Origin: Squalus acanthias
Taxonomy: Eukaryota
NCBI GenBank assembly: GCA_030390025.1
Contig: CM059432.1
Span: 153,576,001-153,640,000 of the forward strand
DNA: 64,000 nucleotides
Reading direction: 5' to 3'
Position numbers and translations under genes: made by a program. This document shows, piece by piece, positions 12,004-24,207 of this stretch; the first letter of the stretch is position 1, and each line of letters starts with the position of its first letter. The notes beneath the pieces were generated by a model that worked only from the letters and a program-made list of their open reading frames with translations, searched no databases and was not told the DNA's origin.

Positions 12004-13546
12004 CGGTGTCTCTCAAACTGGGGTCCGCGGACCCCCGGAGGTCCATAGAGACTTTCCAGGAGTACCGCGCCTGTCCGCTCTCCGCCGCCCTGTCCTGTAC
12101 CAATCTGTGCCGCTGGGCCATGGTTCCCCTCAAGCTCCGGGACCAGGTAAGCCCCACACCGTGCACCTTGTTGTTAGTGAGACTGTGGAAGAGGAGCCGC
12201 GGCCGCTGCTTGGGCCTGCGAGCTGGAGCCAGGGGACTGTGACTGGACCCTGAGCTGAGCCGAGCCGGCGGGGGGGGGGAGGGGGTCACAATGGCCAATA
12301 GGCCAGGCCTCCCACGGGGGCCGGCCCTTCTCCTGACCCTCCCCCTACCCTGGAATCAGGGTTCTCGAGTCGCCGCCACCATCGGTTGCGGGGGGAGGGA
12401 GTCACCGATTCCCTCCCGGGTTACTCGTACCATGTTGGGTCGCCTCCTCCTCCGAGTTTTGCCGGCGGCCGATCCCCGGGCTCATTTAACCTCGGGCTGA
12501 TTTTATTCGTTTTGAGGCCAGGCCGCTGAGTTATGTTGATCAGAGAGGAGGGGGGGGCGGGGTGCCACGCGCCGGGGGTTCCATTATTGTGGAGCGGCGC
12601 ACATTGGGGCTTTGTGACTCAAAACCTTTTGCGCGCACACAGGACCCCTTTGATGGCCTGAGGGTTCAGATCTGTACTTCGCGCATCTGCTGAGTTCTTG
12701 ATTTGAACGAGATACTTTCTCCTGAGCGTGGAGGCTGTAGCAGTTGGTGAATGAACTCCGCTGCACTTCGCAAATCTGTTTACACCCAGTTCCAGTGGTT
12801 TGTGAGGTTACGTGCCTGCCTTCTTAATCAGGAATAGTGCTGGGAGAAGAAGTAAACATTTGTCGATGACAGTCGGTACGTCTTATCCAATATGTTGATG
12901 GTATCTAAAGTCAGCCTGATTCGTGAAACTTTTCAGTAGTTTCAGTGATCATAGAATTGGGCAATTTCAAGCCTGCTCCTCTTTATAAATCTGACACTGA
13001 TTCAGTTCTTGCGAATTATTCTGAATGGCTGGGCCTGCCCCCTCACCCAATCCCACATCTCTCACTCACTTTGCAACGAGCGCTCCCTGCTGGTCGAGCG
13101 ATTCCTCTCCCTGGCGCCGCGACCCTGTGCCATCCTCCGACACGTGATCAGAGCGCCTGCGGGGCCCTTCAAACACGTGCCTGAACGTGTTGACGCAAAG
13201 ACGTACAATCCCACAGTGCAGCTGTGATAGAACACATGGCGATGAGTCATGCTTCCAGCATGGGTGCTCGTGCTCTCACTCACCTTGGCCAGCCTGCTGA
13301 CGGCTTTAAAAATTGTTCAGCTCTAAATGGCTAATAGTGGCCGTCTGTTGCCGCGGAGTACCCAGAATTGGTGTGAGAAGCAGACACACCCATCTCACTG
13401 ATATCTGTAAGCAAATACCTGTTTTCTTAACATGAAGCACTTTCATATTATGAGTATTATATAGTATTATAATTTAGATGGGGGGTCCGTGATTACTAAT
13501 CGATTTGAAAAGGGGTTCCTCTACCAAAAAAGTTTTGGAACTACTA
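12004..13546 (+). mobile_element. Non-autonomous hAT element (Charlie/Buster type) nested in Harbinger copy A
   Basis: 8-bp TSD CCTCAGTG (11996-12003) / CCTTAGTG (13547-13554); copy C shows the empty site. Degenerate CAGTGGTTCTCAAACT-like TIRs. Transposase C-terminal remnants EYPEL (13356-13370) and CEKQTHPSH* (13372-13401). Confidence 0.88.
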
Positions 13547-13590
13547 CCTTAGTGCCTGTCTTCCATGTCCTTTGCCTGTCCTATGCAGTG

Positions 13591-15420
13591 CTACCCCAGT
13601 GGCTGCAGCATGGCCGGTGGAAGGCTGCTGACTTTCAGTGGGGGGGGGGGGGGGACTGCAGATGGCCTTGGAGGATGGCCTTGAGCAGCTCTGGGCCTAG
13701 AAGGCCCGGGTGCAGACTGCACCACCTCGGCATGGGCAGCAGTCTGGGCTGGCAGGCTGACAGGCAAAAGCAAGGCCACTGGCGGAGTGGCAGTGGTGGG
13801 TGGACGAATACTGTCATCCTCAGAAAGCACAGCAGGTTCGTGGTCCACGGAGCCACTGCCACTCCTCCGGGGCAGTGCCTCAGCAATCTTAGTAATCTGT
13901 TGGAGGACAGATTGCTGGACTGCTGTGACACCCTGCAAGCCCCTTTCAACACTGGCAACCGCAGCCATGATGGCAGCAATCTGATCTTGCGTGGCAGCAA
14001 GCTGAGCTTGCATGAGAGCAGTCTGAGCTTCCAGTGTAGCACTCAGACGTTGGGTCGCTTCTGCTTGTGCTGCAATGGAAGCTGAGACATCGGCCATCAG
14101 ACGCTGCATCATGGTTGTGTCCACAAGTGCGCTAATGGAGAAGGATGGGCTCCAAGCTCTGCGCAAAGCCCTGTGCAAGGTTGGTGCCGGACTCTGCCAT
14201 GCTCCTTGACATTGCACGCAGGCTTTCTGGCAGGCCTGCCAATGCACCAAGCATTTCATTGTGCATACTCATCAGCGTTCTTCTGTAGGCCGCCCCATCG
14301 AAGTCCTCATCTGAGTCCTGTGCAGCACAACTGTGTGCGACCTCGCCCTCCGGGGAGCTGGTAGCTGCGATTCTCTTTCCCCCTGCCCTGGCTGCAGGCC
14401 ACTTGTTCCCAGTGACTGACGTACAAATCCCGCCTCTACGCTACCCTCTAAATTATGCGCAGTATCATTATCTGAGCTGGTGGCTGCGAGTGTGAAATTG
14501 AGTGATGGTGCTGTGTCTTCAGCATCACTGCCTGCTTCCTCCTGCAGTTCCTGCTCCTTCACCACTGCCTGGCCAGGTGGCAGTTCTTGGCTATCTAAAA
14601 GGAGAAAGGCACAAGGGTAGAGTTGCGGCAAGGCGTGAGGGGGAAAAGCAAGAGGTGCATGCTTACACCATTTGCAGCTTGTAAATCAGAAGAGATTGTG
14701 GGATGAGGGGGTAGTGGGATGTGAGGAGGAGGATTAGGTATGAGGATATCCATCATCTTGGATTGTTTCAGCCGCGCCGCTGGCCACGGACTCAGCGATG
14801 GCTGCTCCAATAATCTCCAGCACCATCCCCTTCATGGGGGTAAGGTCATGCAGGCGTGCCTGTCTCCCTGTGGGTAGCCCCTGCTGCCTCTGGTTATAAG
14901 CCACCTTGTCCTGCAAGAGAGGGAAGTGTGTCAGTGAGTGTGGTGCAATGTGTTTGGGTGATGTGCCTGTCATGGTTGAATAGCTGGCAGTGTGTGCAAG
15001 CTGTGAGCTGTGGGTGTGAGGCTTGCAGCTGTGCTAAGTGTATGAAGGTGAGGTGAAGCTATGAATGTGATTGATAGTGATTGTTGGTACGTGAGTGAAG
15101 GTGGGGTGGTGAATTGAGCAGTGTCTGAGCCTAGTGCTTCAGTTGTAAGGATGTGGCTTTTGAAGATGAATTCACTGACCCAGACCACTCTTGTGAGGTC
15201 ATTAAACTTCTTGCGGCACTGCATCCATGTCTTCAGGGCTACACTGCTGGCATTAACCACGACAGCTATCTGCTCCCATTACCTTCACAGAGTTTGTCTG
15301 GGGGGCCTCTGGCCCTCTGTGGATACAGGACCTCTCTCCTCCTGTCCACTTCCTGCAACAAGGCCTCCAGTGCTGTGTCAGAGAACCTTAGAGCACGCTC
15401 TCTGCCCTGTTGCGCCATTA
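13591..15420 (-). pseudogene. Harbinger Myb/SANT-like second gene, 3 exons (middle exon 14751-14910)
   Basis: WEQIAVVVNASSVALKTWMQCRKKFNDLTRVV (Myb/SANT trihelix of NAIF1/MSANTD type), then DKVAYNQRQQ..., then an acidic and coiled-coil tail. Homologous exon by exon to 49002-50894. Confidence 0.85.
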
Positions 15421-16344
15421 CCCAGTGTTATTCCTGCTCACACTTCGTTCCTCAGCCACTTCCAGCATCTGCTGCAGCCAGAATGCACCTCCCCTTTAAG
15501 AGGTGTAGGCTGCCTTTAAGTAGTACAGGCTAGCTATAAGTGGTGCTAGCCTCGCACAAACTTGGGCCCCCTGCTGAGTCATGCAGCCACTCAGGAGCAC
15601 GTTCAGCGCTTGCCTGCATGCTACTATTATTTAAATTAACAGGTAGCACGAAGTTTGTATGCTGCCTGCATCACAAGGAACGGGTGCGGGTTGATCGCGC
15701 GTTGCATCCCGTGCCCGTTTTCGGGCCTTGTCCAATTTCTAAGACACGATGTTTATATTTGTATTGAATTACTTGTCTCTTGACTAAATATCTGTCAAAC
15801 AACAACCACTGATTGGTCAACAAGCATTTCAAAAATGCACTGGAAAATTCTTCTGTGTTGGAAACTGGTTTTTAACCTTTTATGCACTATGATAGAATTA
15901 GGGAAGCTTATATCAAACTAAATCTTAGACAAAAGTGGTTCATTTTGTCACCGGATTCCCCACTGTATTAATTTGCTTCATAATGTAATGAATTCGACTT
16001 TCTATAACATCCTACCATAACCAAAGCAGTCAAAATACAATAATAAACAACAAAAAGAAAACCTCTTTAGTTAAGATAATTATTTCAGAAAAAAAGATAA
16101 ACGTGAGAAAGTTTCTTTATTTTTTTGCCACCTTGCTTTCGCCCCTTTGCAAAATAATTTTTTTTTTTTAACACTGATTGGACTTTGTGTACCACAGATC
16201 AGTCCTTGGCTAAGAGAGTAAGCCGTGCTACTGTCAGTGCACTGTCCCCAGACATGGCCTTCATTAGAACCAGCCCCTGAGATAGGGGCCACGTCAAATA
16301 AAGAGCTATGGGTATGAAACCATCAGACTACTTTGTGTGAATGC

Positions 16345-16785
16345 AAGAAAAATATATAGAGAGAGAAATAAAGCAGAGAGAGAAAAGATGAGAGAAAAAA
16401 TGTGAGAAAAAAATAGAAAAAGACTGAAAGCAAGTGAAACATTGAGAGAATAGTGGAGAAAGAGAAAACAAGAGGGGAAGATAGAGAAAGGGAGAAAGAG
16501 AGCAACAGAAAGTAACAAAGAGTGATTGAAAGAGAGACAAAGAAAATATTAAACCAATAAGAGAGTGAGGGAGAAAGACAGAGAAAAATATTCAGAGAAA
16601 AAGAGAAAAGAGAAAAATACTGAGAGAAAATAGAGAACTAAAAAGAAAAAGTGAGATAGAGACAGGCAATGAGACAAAGAACGGGAAAAGAAAAAGTGAG
16701 GGTAAGACAGAGAAAGAAAAAGAGAGTTAGAAAGAGATCAAGAGATAGAAAGGGAAAGAAAGAGAAAAAAAGAGCAACAGAAAGA
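16345..16785. repeat. Polypurine (GA/AAAG) low-complexity tract, resumes 17255-17345
   Basis: Directly visible; the SINE sits inside it. Confidence 0.9.
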
Positions 16786-17248
16786 AGAAAGACTTGCATT
16801 TATATAGCGCCTTTTATGACCACCGGACGACTCAAAGCGCTTTACAGCCAATGAAGTACTTTTGAAGTGTAGTCAGTGTTGTAATGTGGGAAACGCAGCG
16901 GCCAATTTGCACACAGCAAGCTCCCACAAACAGCAATGTGATAATGACCAGGTAATCTGTTTTTGTTATGTTGATTGAGGGATAAATATTGGCCAGGACA
17001 CCGGGGATAACTCCCCTGCTCTTCTTCAAACTAGTGGCCGTGGGATCTTTTACATCCACTTGAGAGAGCAGACGGGGCCTCGGTTTAACGTCTTATCCAA
17101 AAGACAGCACCTCTGACAGTGCAGCACTCCCTCAGTACTGCACTGGAGTGTCAGCCTAGATTTATGTGCTGAAGTCCCTGGAGTGGGACTTGAACCCACA
17201 ACCTTCTGACTCAGAGGTGAGTGTGCTACCCACTGAACCACAGTTGAC
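16785..17248 (-). mobile_element. Full-length tRNA-derived Deu-domain SINE (SacSINE1/AmnSINE1-like)
   Basis: tRNA-like head with A/B boxes (TGGTTCAGTGGG...GGTTCAAGTCC), Deu-type core (TAAACCGAGGCCCCGTCTGC...GATGTAAAAGATCCC), L2-like tail AAAGGCGCTATATAAATGCAAG. Confidence 0.85.
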
Positions 17249-20039
17249 ACTGTGGAACAAAGGAAGAAGGAAGAAAGAAAGATAAAGAGAGATAAAGTTA
17301 GACATAGAAACCGAGAAAGAAAAAAGAGCCAGATAGAGAAACAATGACAGAAGTAAATTTGACACTTTCCTCCACCTCTTGCTGTGAATTTGCAAATGTA
17401 CAGAGGGTACATGGCAGTAAGCATCAGAGTAGGCTGGTGTTTCAAGATCTGCTTAGATAAGACAAAAATAAAGTTACTGCCAAGCTGTCAGTGACTTCCA
17501 ATTTCATTAGAAGTCATTTTCCAGAGGATTGCAAATTTTTCCTCGTCACATTGCTATCCTTATCTAGACAAGTTCAGGCACAGATAAAACAACTTTTTAA
17601 TTGTGAACGCAGAAAAACCCTAAAAACATTTCAGAACCATTATTTTTTCAGTATTACCCACATTCAACCTTTCCAAGAAAAATAATGGCCAATGAGCCAG
17701 TGCTTCATGCCAAAATATAATTTAAAGTGCTGTTAACACAAGAGGCATAAAATTAACAATTTTGTACTCACTATAAAATGGCTCATTAGCTGCCAACACT
17801 GTCGCTGCCAACAAGGGGAGATGAGGCCCATTAAATCTGAAGGTTTGCAGTTCCACCTACTGACGTTTCAGATTAAAACAAGCAGCCTATCTGCTCTTAC
17901 CCAGAAATCTTTGTGGAACCCAGAACGATTATTAATATAAAGGGACCAGTTGAGCTTCAGGCAGTATCGCTACCATTATTCCTCATTTGCATCCCCAGCC
18001 ATGTAGTTGGGATATCTGTAAACCATTCATCAGAATCTAATCTAATTCTTTATTTTCAACACATCTTCGAGATTAAATATTCTTGCACAGGAAAGAATAC
18101 TTACCTCCCAAGTACTGTAATTTATATTGCTATTTTTTGTTCCGGCAACTGCAGTGATTGTTGGGTTAGATCAGGCAGGATGGGTGTTTTTTTTACATGA
18201 AGTAATCTAACAACAGGGAATATAAACTGAACACAAGAACTCCTTAAAGAAAATATATTTCAATTCCTTTTCAAGCGATAATATATCTGGGAAGAAATAA
18301 CAAGATCCCAGAGTTAAACTGTAGGTCACACATCTTAAACTGGCTCTATTTCACCATGGAACAGGTGTGATGAGGGGATGCCACCTGTAACGTTAACCTG
18401 GCCTGTCTTTGTTCTTTTCAAACATTGACTGACCAGCTGCATACTATTATTATATAGCCTTAAAACCTGACTGATAACTACAGAACAATCTCAGTGCCAC
18501 TGAAATCCGACATGGGCAAATTACCCTTCCTCAAAAATTACATTTAATTTGTGGTCAATCATTCAATGCTGAGCTAAACAATGCAAAAAGGGGTCAGTAA
18601 CAAGGGAATAAATGAAACTCGCTTAAAATGTACTGGTGATGTGGTTAACGATAGCACCATAATGATTTAATTTACTTCCAGTAAAAAGCCAGTGCACCCA
18701 GGCAGGCTACAGTAAGCTGACAAATATTCCACCCTCTTCCCAGAATTTTTTTTAATGACTTTAACATTCGATGAGCCTCTGCAATAATGAGAGGAAGCAA
18801 GGCACACAAAGGTTTACAGTCTTTAAAATCACCTTATCTGTGGTGAGATTTTTATCTGCCAGAGATAAAAGTTTAAGTTTGTAGTTCTGGCCTGGCGTTA
18901 TTCATAGAATACTGCAAAAAGAACTATTCTTTATCCCCAGAGATTTCTGCTAACTGCACTTTACAGGATAACAGACAGGGCTAAAGGCACCTCAGAATCA
19001 GTGTCCCATGACAGTCCAGAAGCACAGGTGTTAAAGCACTGGCCTGCCATGAGATTGCAGATTTCACAACTGCAATGGTTATTTAAATCTGCAAGTTTGA
19101 GTTGGGTGATTATCTGTAGTCTCAATGCTGCTGTTAAATTGACACTTTCAAGTCAACTGGCCAAACTACATGATTTTCTTTGGAGTCGTACCTATTTTAG
19201 TATTAGCCAAACTGTTTAACTTGTTCGAAAAGATGGGTACATCAGTTTTCCTTGGTCATTGTCCTTGCATAATTCATCCCTTATGTGGGCACCTAACGCA
19301 TGTTAGCAGTCCTAGCAACTTGCAACACTGTGAGTGCTTGCCAGGTATCCACAGCGATCCCAGGAGTCTAGCTTCCTCGAAGGTCTGCCTGATCTGTTCT
19401 ATCAAGTCCAGTATGTATCACAGTGACCAACACAAACTTGAACAGCAGGCAAACAGGGTTCCAGAGCCCTCCTTCCATTACCTAATTTAGCAAATGCTGA
19501 CTGGGTTTCTGGATTGCCTTACACTTTGTTTAGGAACTTTAATATTTTGAAAGTTCCTAAGGTCCCTTTGTAGCTGCTTGTAACAGCAGCCAATCGACCT
19601 CTCAACAGCGTTACGTTCACGATTAAAAGGGATTCAGCAGCAGATCCTTTCTTTAACTGTGGCTGATAAATGAACGCCAAATGGATAGGAAATGTTATGT
19701 TGGAGGTGGTGGGGCGAGTTGTTGACGGATGCAAATATGGGGCATCAAGGATGCAAAGTTTAAACAAAGGAAGTACTCAGATTACATTTGAGACAATTCA
19801 AGGGTCCATCGGGTGCTCCCAGTGAGTAGCGGTGCTTGCAGTGAGTGCTGGTCAGGAAATCGCGAACCTGTAGTCCCTGATTAATTTAACTGGACTGAAA
19901 ATCAGGGGCCTCCGGTATCCCCACCAGCATTGCGTGCAAAGCCAGTCAAACTTTATAATCCTAAATGCTGTCATTTATAGTTTTCCAGCTGTTGACTACA
20001 TAAAATTGCTGGTATTAGGGATACAGAAAAAAAGGAAAA

Positions 20040-21072
20040 ATAACTTACATTTATATAACTTTTTTCACAACCTTACAACGTCTACAGCCAATGAAATGCT
20101 ACTGAAGTGCAGTCACTGTTGTGAGCAGGCAGCTGGTGCCTCGGTTTATTTATCACCAGAAAGACGGCAACTCTGACAATGCAACACTCCCTCAGTGCTG
20201 CACTTTAGTGTCAGCCTAGATTATGGGCTGGATTTTGATACTGGGGCGGGTTGGGGTCGTGTCATCCGCATTTCGTGTTATCCACCCGACTGCAATTGGA
20301 TGTGGGAGATTGATGCAATTTTCACTTAATTGGGCAATTGAGTTGCAGCATGTGGGAACCCATTAGTGGTTTCAGTCTGAAAGTCGCCTCTGATGATGTC
20401 ATCATTGCAGGTCAGAGACAGACTGCCTGGCCTTTGCTGTGAGAGGACCTGGATGCAAAATGAGCAGCATCTGAGAGAGAGAGAGAGAGAGAAGAGAGAG
20501 AGAGAAGAGAGAAGAGAGAGAGAATTTTTTTTCCAACCAAGTCCTCCCAGGCAGTCTCTGAAGACATTCAATGCAGCAGCATCAGAGGCGACTTTCAGAC
20601 CTAATACTACTACTACCTTCATCACAATACTACTACTACCTTCATCACATCTCCATTGTAATAGTGGACCTGCAGCTGATAGTCAGCTATCCACTTGTGC
20701 TCCTGCCAGGTTTCACTGGCGTGTTTCACACCAGGCGTGCTTCACGTCGGAAAAGGGTTAAACTAGCTAAAACGTTTCAAAATGGCATTACAGAGCCAAT
20801 TTAGGGCTTGTTAAGGGCTTTAATGGCCTCTCCCGCCTCTTGGAGGCGGGACGGAGTCGGGAACCCCGCGACCGATTTTGTCAAAATTGCGTGGAGGCGG
20901 AATGGAGTCGGGATGGGGTCGGGACTCCCAAATCTGCAACTTTAACCCCCCACACGCCTCCAAACCCGACTCCATGGGTCATTGAACATCCAGCCCTATG
21001 TGTTTTAGTCTCTGGAGTGGGGCCTGAGCTCACAACCTTCTGACTGAGAAGTGAGAGTGCTATCACCGAGTC
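20040..21072 (-). mobile_element. Deu-domain SINE, internally deleted and split by MITE 20225-20996
   Basis: Homology to 16785-17248 on both sides of the MITE. Confidence 0.75.
20225..20996. mobile_element. Harbinger-type MITE inserted in a Deu-SINE
   Basis: TIR GGGCTGGATTTT / ACATCCAGCCC; TAT TSD (20222-20224, 20997-20999); the SINE continues on both sides. Confidence 0.8.
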
Positions 21073-21084
21073 TAGCAGAAAGAT

Positions 21085-21535
21085 GTCAAGGCCACAGAGA
21101 GGGTGCAAAAGAGATTCACTAAAATTATACCAGGGATGAGATGCATTAGTTATGAGGAGATACTAGAGAAAATGTGGCTCTTTGATTTGAACAAAGTAGG
21201 TTAAAAGGAGATGTGATAGAGATGTTCAAATTTCTGCGAGGTTTTAATAAGGTAAACAGGAAAAACTATTTCCTCTGTTCAGTGACTCGGTAATTATAAG
21301 GCATCAATTTAACAGCATCAGCAAAGAAACTAGGGGAGACGTTAGGAACAAATTTTTTAGGCAGGGGGTTCTGGGAACATGGGATGCCCTAACAGAAAGT
21401 GGTGGAAGAAGAATCCGTAATAGTTTTTAAAAGGGACATGGATAAATATTTGAAAAAGAAAAATTTAAAAGTGCCTGGGGGAAGGACAGAGAAATGGGTC
21501 TAAGTGACTAACTCTCAGAGAGCCAGCACAGGAAC
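21085..21535 (+). mobile_element. Old CR1 3' fragment
   Basis: Degenerate (gagggtgcaaaagagattcactaaaattataccagggatgag...). Confidence 0.7.
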
Positions 21536-21621
21536 ACGGATTTAAACTTCATTTGTGTTCCATGATGCTGATTACACTGTCTCTGTGTAATCAGCCTGCT
21601 TGCCCGATATACAATCCTGGA

Positions 21622-22325
21622 TTTTTTTAAATTAGTTCCTGGAATGTGGGCGTCGCTGTCAAGGCCAGCATTTACTGCCCATCCCTAATTGCCCTGGAGA
21701 AGGTGGTGGTGAGCCGCCTTCTTGAAACGCTGCAGTCCGCGTGGTGAAGGTACTCCCACAGTGCTGTTAGGGAGGGAGTTCCAGGATTTCAACCCAGCGA
21801 CTATGAAGGAATGGCAATATATTTCCAAGTCAGGATGGTACATGACTTGGAGGGGAACTTGGAGGTGATGGTGCTCCCATGCACCTGCTCCCCTTGTCCT
21901 TCTAGGTGGTAGAGGTCGCGGGTTTGGGAGGTGCTGTCGAAGAAGCCTTGACGAGTTGCTGCAGTGCATCTTGTAGATGGTACACACTGCAGCCACGGTG
22001 CACTGGTGGTGGAGGGAGTGAATGTTTAAGGTGGTGGATGGGGTGCCAATCAAGCGGGCTGCTTTGTCCTGGATGGTGTCGAGCTTCTTGAGTGTTGTTG
22101 GAGCTGCACTTATCCAGGCAAGTGGAGAGAATTCCATCACACTCCTTACTTGTGCCTTGTAGATGGTGGAAAGGCTTTGGGGAGTCAGGAGGTCAGATAC
22201 TTGCCGCAGAATACCTAGCCTCTGACCTGTCCTTGTTGCCACAGTATTTATGTGGCTGGTCCAGTTAAGTTTTTAAGGTGACCCCCAGGATGTTGATGTT
22301 GGGAGATTCGGCGATGGTAATGCCG
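21622..22325 (-). mobile_element. Second LINE family, 5'-truncated
   Basis: ORF 21685..22242 is homologous to the 488..997 ORF. Confidence 0.88.
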
Positions 22326-22503
22326 ACCCTTCATCGTCACTGGGTCAAAATCCTGGAACTCCCTCCCTAACAGCACTGTGGGAGCACCTTCACCACACGG
22401 ACTGCAGCAGTTCAAGAAGGTGGCTCACCATCACCTTCTCGAGGGCAATTAGGGATTGGCCTTGTCAGCGATGCCCAGATCCCATGAACGAATAAAAAAT
22501 AAA
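22326..22503 (+). mobile_element. 3' end of the second LINE family, directly abutting the previous copy head-to-head
   Basis: CCTTCATCGTCACTGGGTCAAAATCC...CCCATGAACGAATAAAAA. Confidence 0.85.
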
Positions 22504-22505
22504 TA

Positions 22506-22750
22506 CAGGCCAGGTAAAGACAGCAGATTTCCTTCCCTAAAGGACATTAATGAACCAGATGGGTTTTTACAACAATCCAGTAGTTTCATGGTCACCATTA
22601 CTGATACTAGCTTTTTTTAATTCCAGATTTATTTAATTAACTGAATTTAAATTCCCCAGCTGTCGTGGGATTTGAACTCACTTCTCCGGATTTTTAGTCC
22701 CGGCCTCTAGGTTACTAGTGCAGTAACATAACCACTATGCTACCGTTCCC
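22506..22750 (-). mobile_element. tRNA-derived SINE of a second family (head and body, tail missing)
   Basis: Revcomp GGTAGCATAGTGG...GAGTTCAAATCCC head; body AAAAACCCATCTGGTTCATTAATGTCCTTTAGGGAAGGAAATCTGC. A diverged copy lies at 24135-24207 + 25207-25410. Confidence 0.72.
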
Positions 22751-22751
22751 G

Positions 22752-23555
22752 ATTATCTGCAATTTCCTCCAGTTAAATATTGGGAGGACCAAAGCCATCG
22801 TCCTCTGCCCCCACCACAAACTCAGTACACTCGCCGCTGATTCCAACACCTCCCAGCCACGGTCTCAGGTTTATCCAGACTATTCGCAACCTTGCCGTCC
22901 TAATTGTCCGAGTTGAGCTTTCAGCCCCATATCCTCTCCAGCACAAAGACCGCCTACTTCCACCTCCGTAACATCACCCGTCTCCACCCCTGCCTCAGCC
23001 CATCTGTTACCTGCAGACTCAACTATTCCACTTCTCCATCCTCGCATCCTCCACCCTCCATAAACTTCACCTCTTCCAGTGCTCTGCTGCCCCTATCCTA
23101 ACTCACACCAAGTCCCATCACCTCTGTGGTCATTCGCCGACAGTGGCTCCCGGTCCCCCAACACCTCAAATTTAAAATTCTCCTCCTCATGTTCAATCCT
23201 CCATGGCAATGCCTCTCCCTATCTCTGTAACCAGCCCTACAACCCTTTGAAAACTCTGCGTTTCTCCAATTTTGGCCTCTTGTGCATCCCCCCACTTCCT
23301 GCACCCCACCATTGGAGACCGCGACTTCAGCTGTCAAAGCCCAAAGTTCTGGAATTCCCTTGCTAAACCTCTCTGCCTCTCTCTCCTCCTTTAAGACCCT
23401 TCTTAAAACCTAATTCTTTGACCAAGCTTTTAGTCACCCCTCCAAATATCTCCTTCTTTGGGTTGGGGTCAATTTTTGTCCGATTACGCCTCTGTGAAGT
23501 GCCTTGGGGCGTTTTTCTGTGTTAAAAGCGCTATATAAATGCAAGTTGTTGCTGT
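22752..23555 (+). mobile_element. L2-clade LINE 3' fragment
   Basis: [19 protein letters not shown]...CRLNYS; tail GCGCTATATAAATGCAAGTTGTTG. Confidence 0.8.
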
Positions 23556-24207
23556 TGTCTCAATTTGACACAAAATGGAGTGTAAATCCAGTTCAATGTC
23601 AGACATGGTTTGCAAAGAGTTCGAGGGACCTGTTGGATAATTTTGTAAGCTTACCTGGCCTTAACTTAAATGTTGAGAGAGCAGTAATTCTCTCCCCCCC
23701 ACTCTCTAAATATTTAAACTGATAACTGGGAGAAAGCTCTTCCCACGTGTGTGGAACTCCCGCCTAAACAGGATGGTTACAGCCCTAGTCTGGCTGCAGC
23801 TTCAACCATAGCCACTGACTGTGGAGCATTCTCAGACTGGTAACTACTGTGTAAATGTGCCTTTAGCATCTGCAGTGCCCGATTGTGGGCAACAGGCCCA
23901 ACAGGAGTTTTGATAGGGTGGCCGCAGTGATGCCCATGATGTGAGCACTTGGTATTTGATTTTTGAAGAAGATACAGTGGTGGAGTTTATGTCTGCTGAT
24001 CATGAGGATAAGGCCTTGGTGGGTTGGAGAGCTCGGTTCTCTTTTACTTAGTTGATGAATGTATAGGTTTACTGCCAGCTAATAAAGTTTTGTGATATGG
24101 AGCATCTGTGAATTTATTTTTATTATAATACTTTTTTACATTTGTTCTTGGGTGTCACTGGCAAAGCAGTATTTATTGCCCCAAGGGCATTAAGAGGCAA
24201 CCACATA

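Larger units (their letters stand above)
10276..15745 (+). mobile_element. PIF/Harbinger DNA transposon copy A (decayed; transposase + strand, Myb-like gene - strand; hAT insert inside)
   Basis: Left end ACCGCTAAATTCGG and right end (revcomp GTCTTAGAAATTGG) resemble the terminus GGGGCTAAATTCGA of copy C. Contains two convergent genes. Confidence 0.85.

Noticed and set aside
17170..17248. Functional tRNA genes
   Set aside because: The tRNA-like A/B boxes are SINE heads continuing into SINE bodies.
19530..19560. TTAGGAACTTT-N9-AAAGTTCCTAA inverted repeat reminiscent of an FRT site
   Set aside because: Arms are in the opposite arrangement to FRT and no recombinase is present; could be chance or an old repeat.
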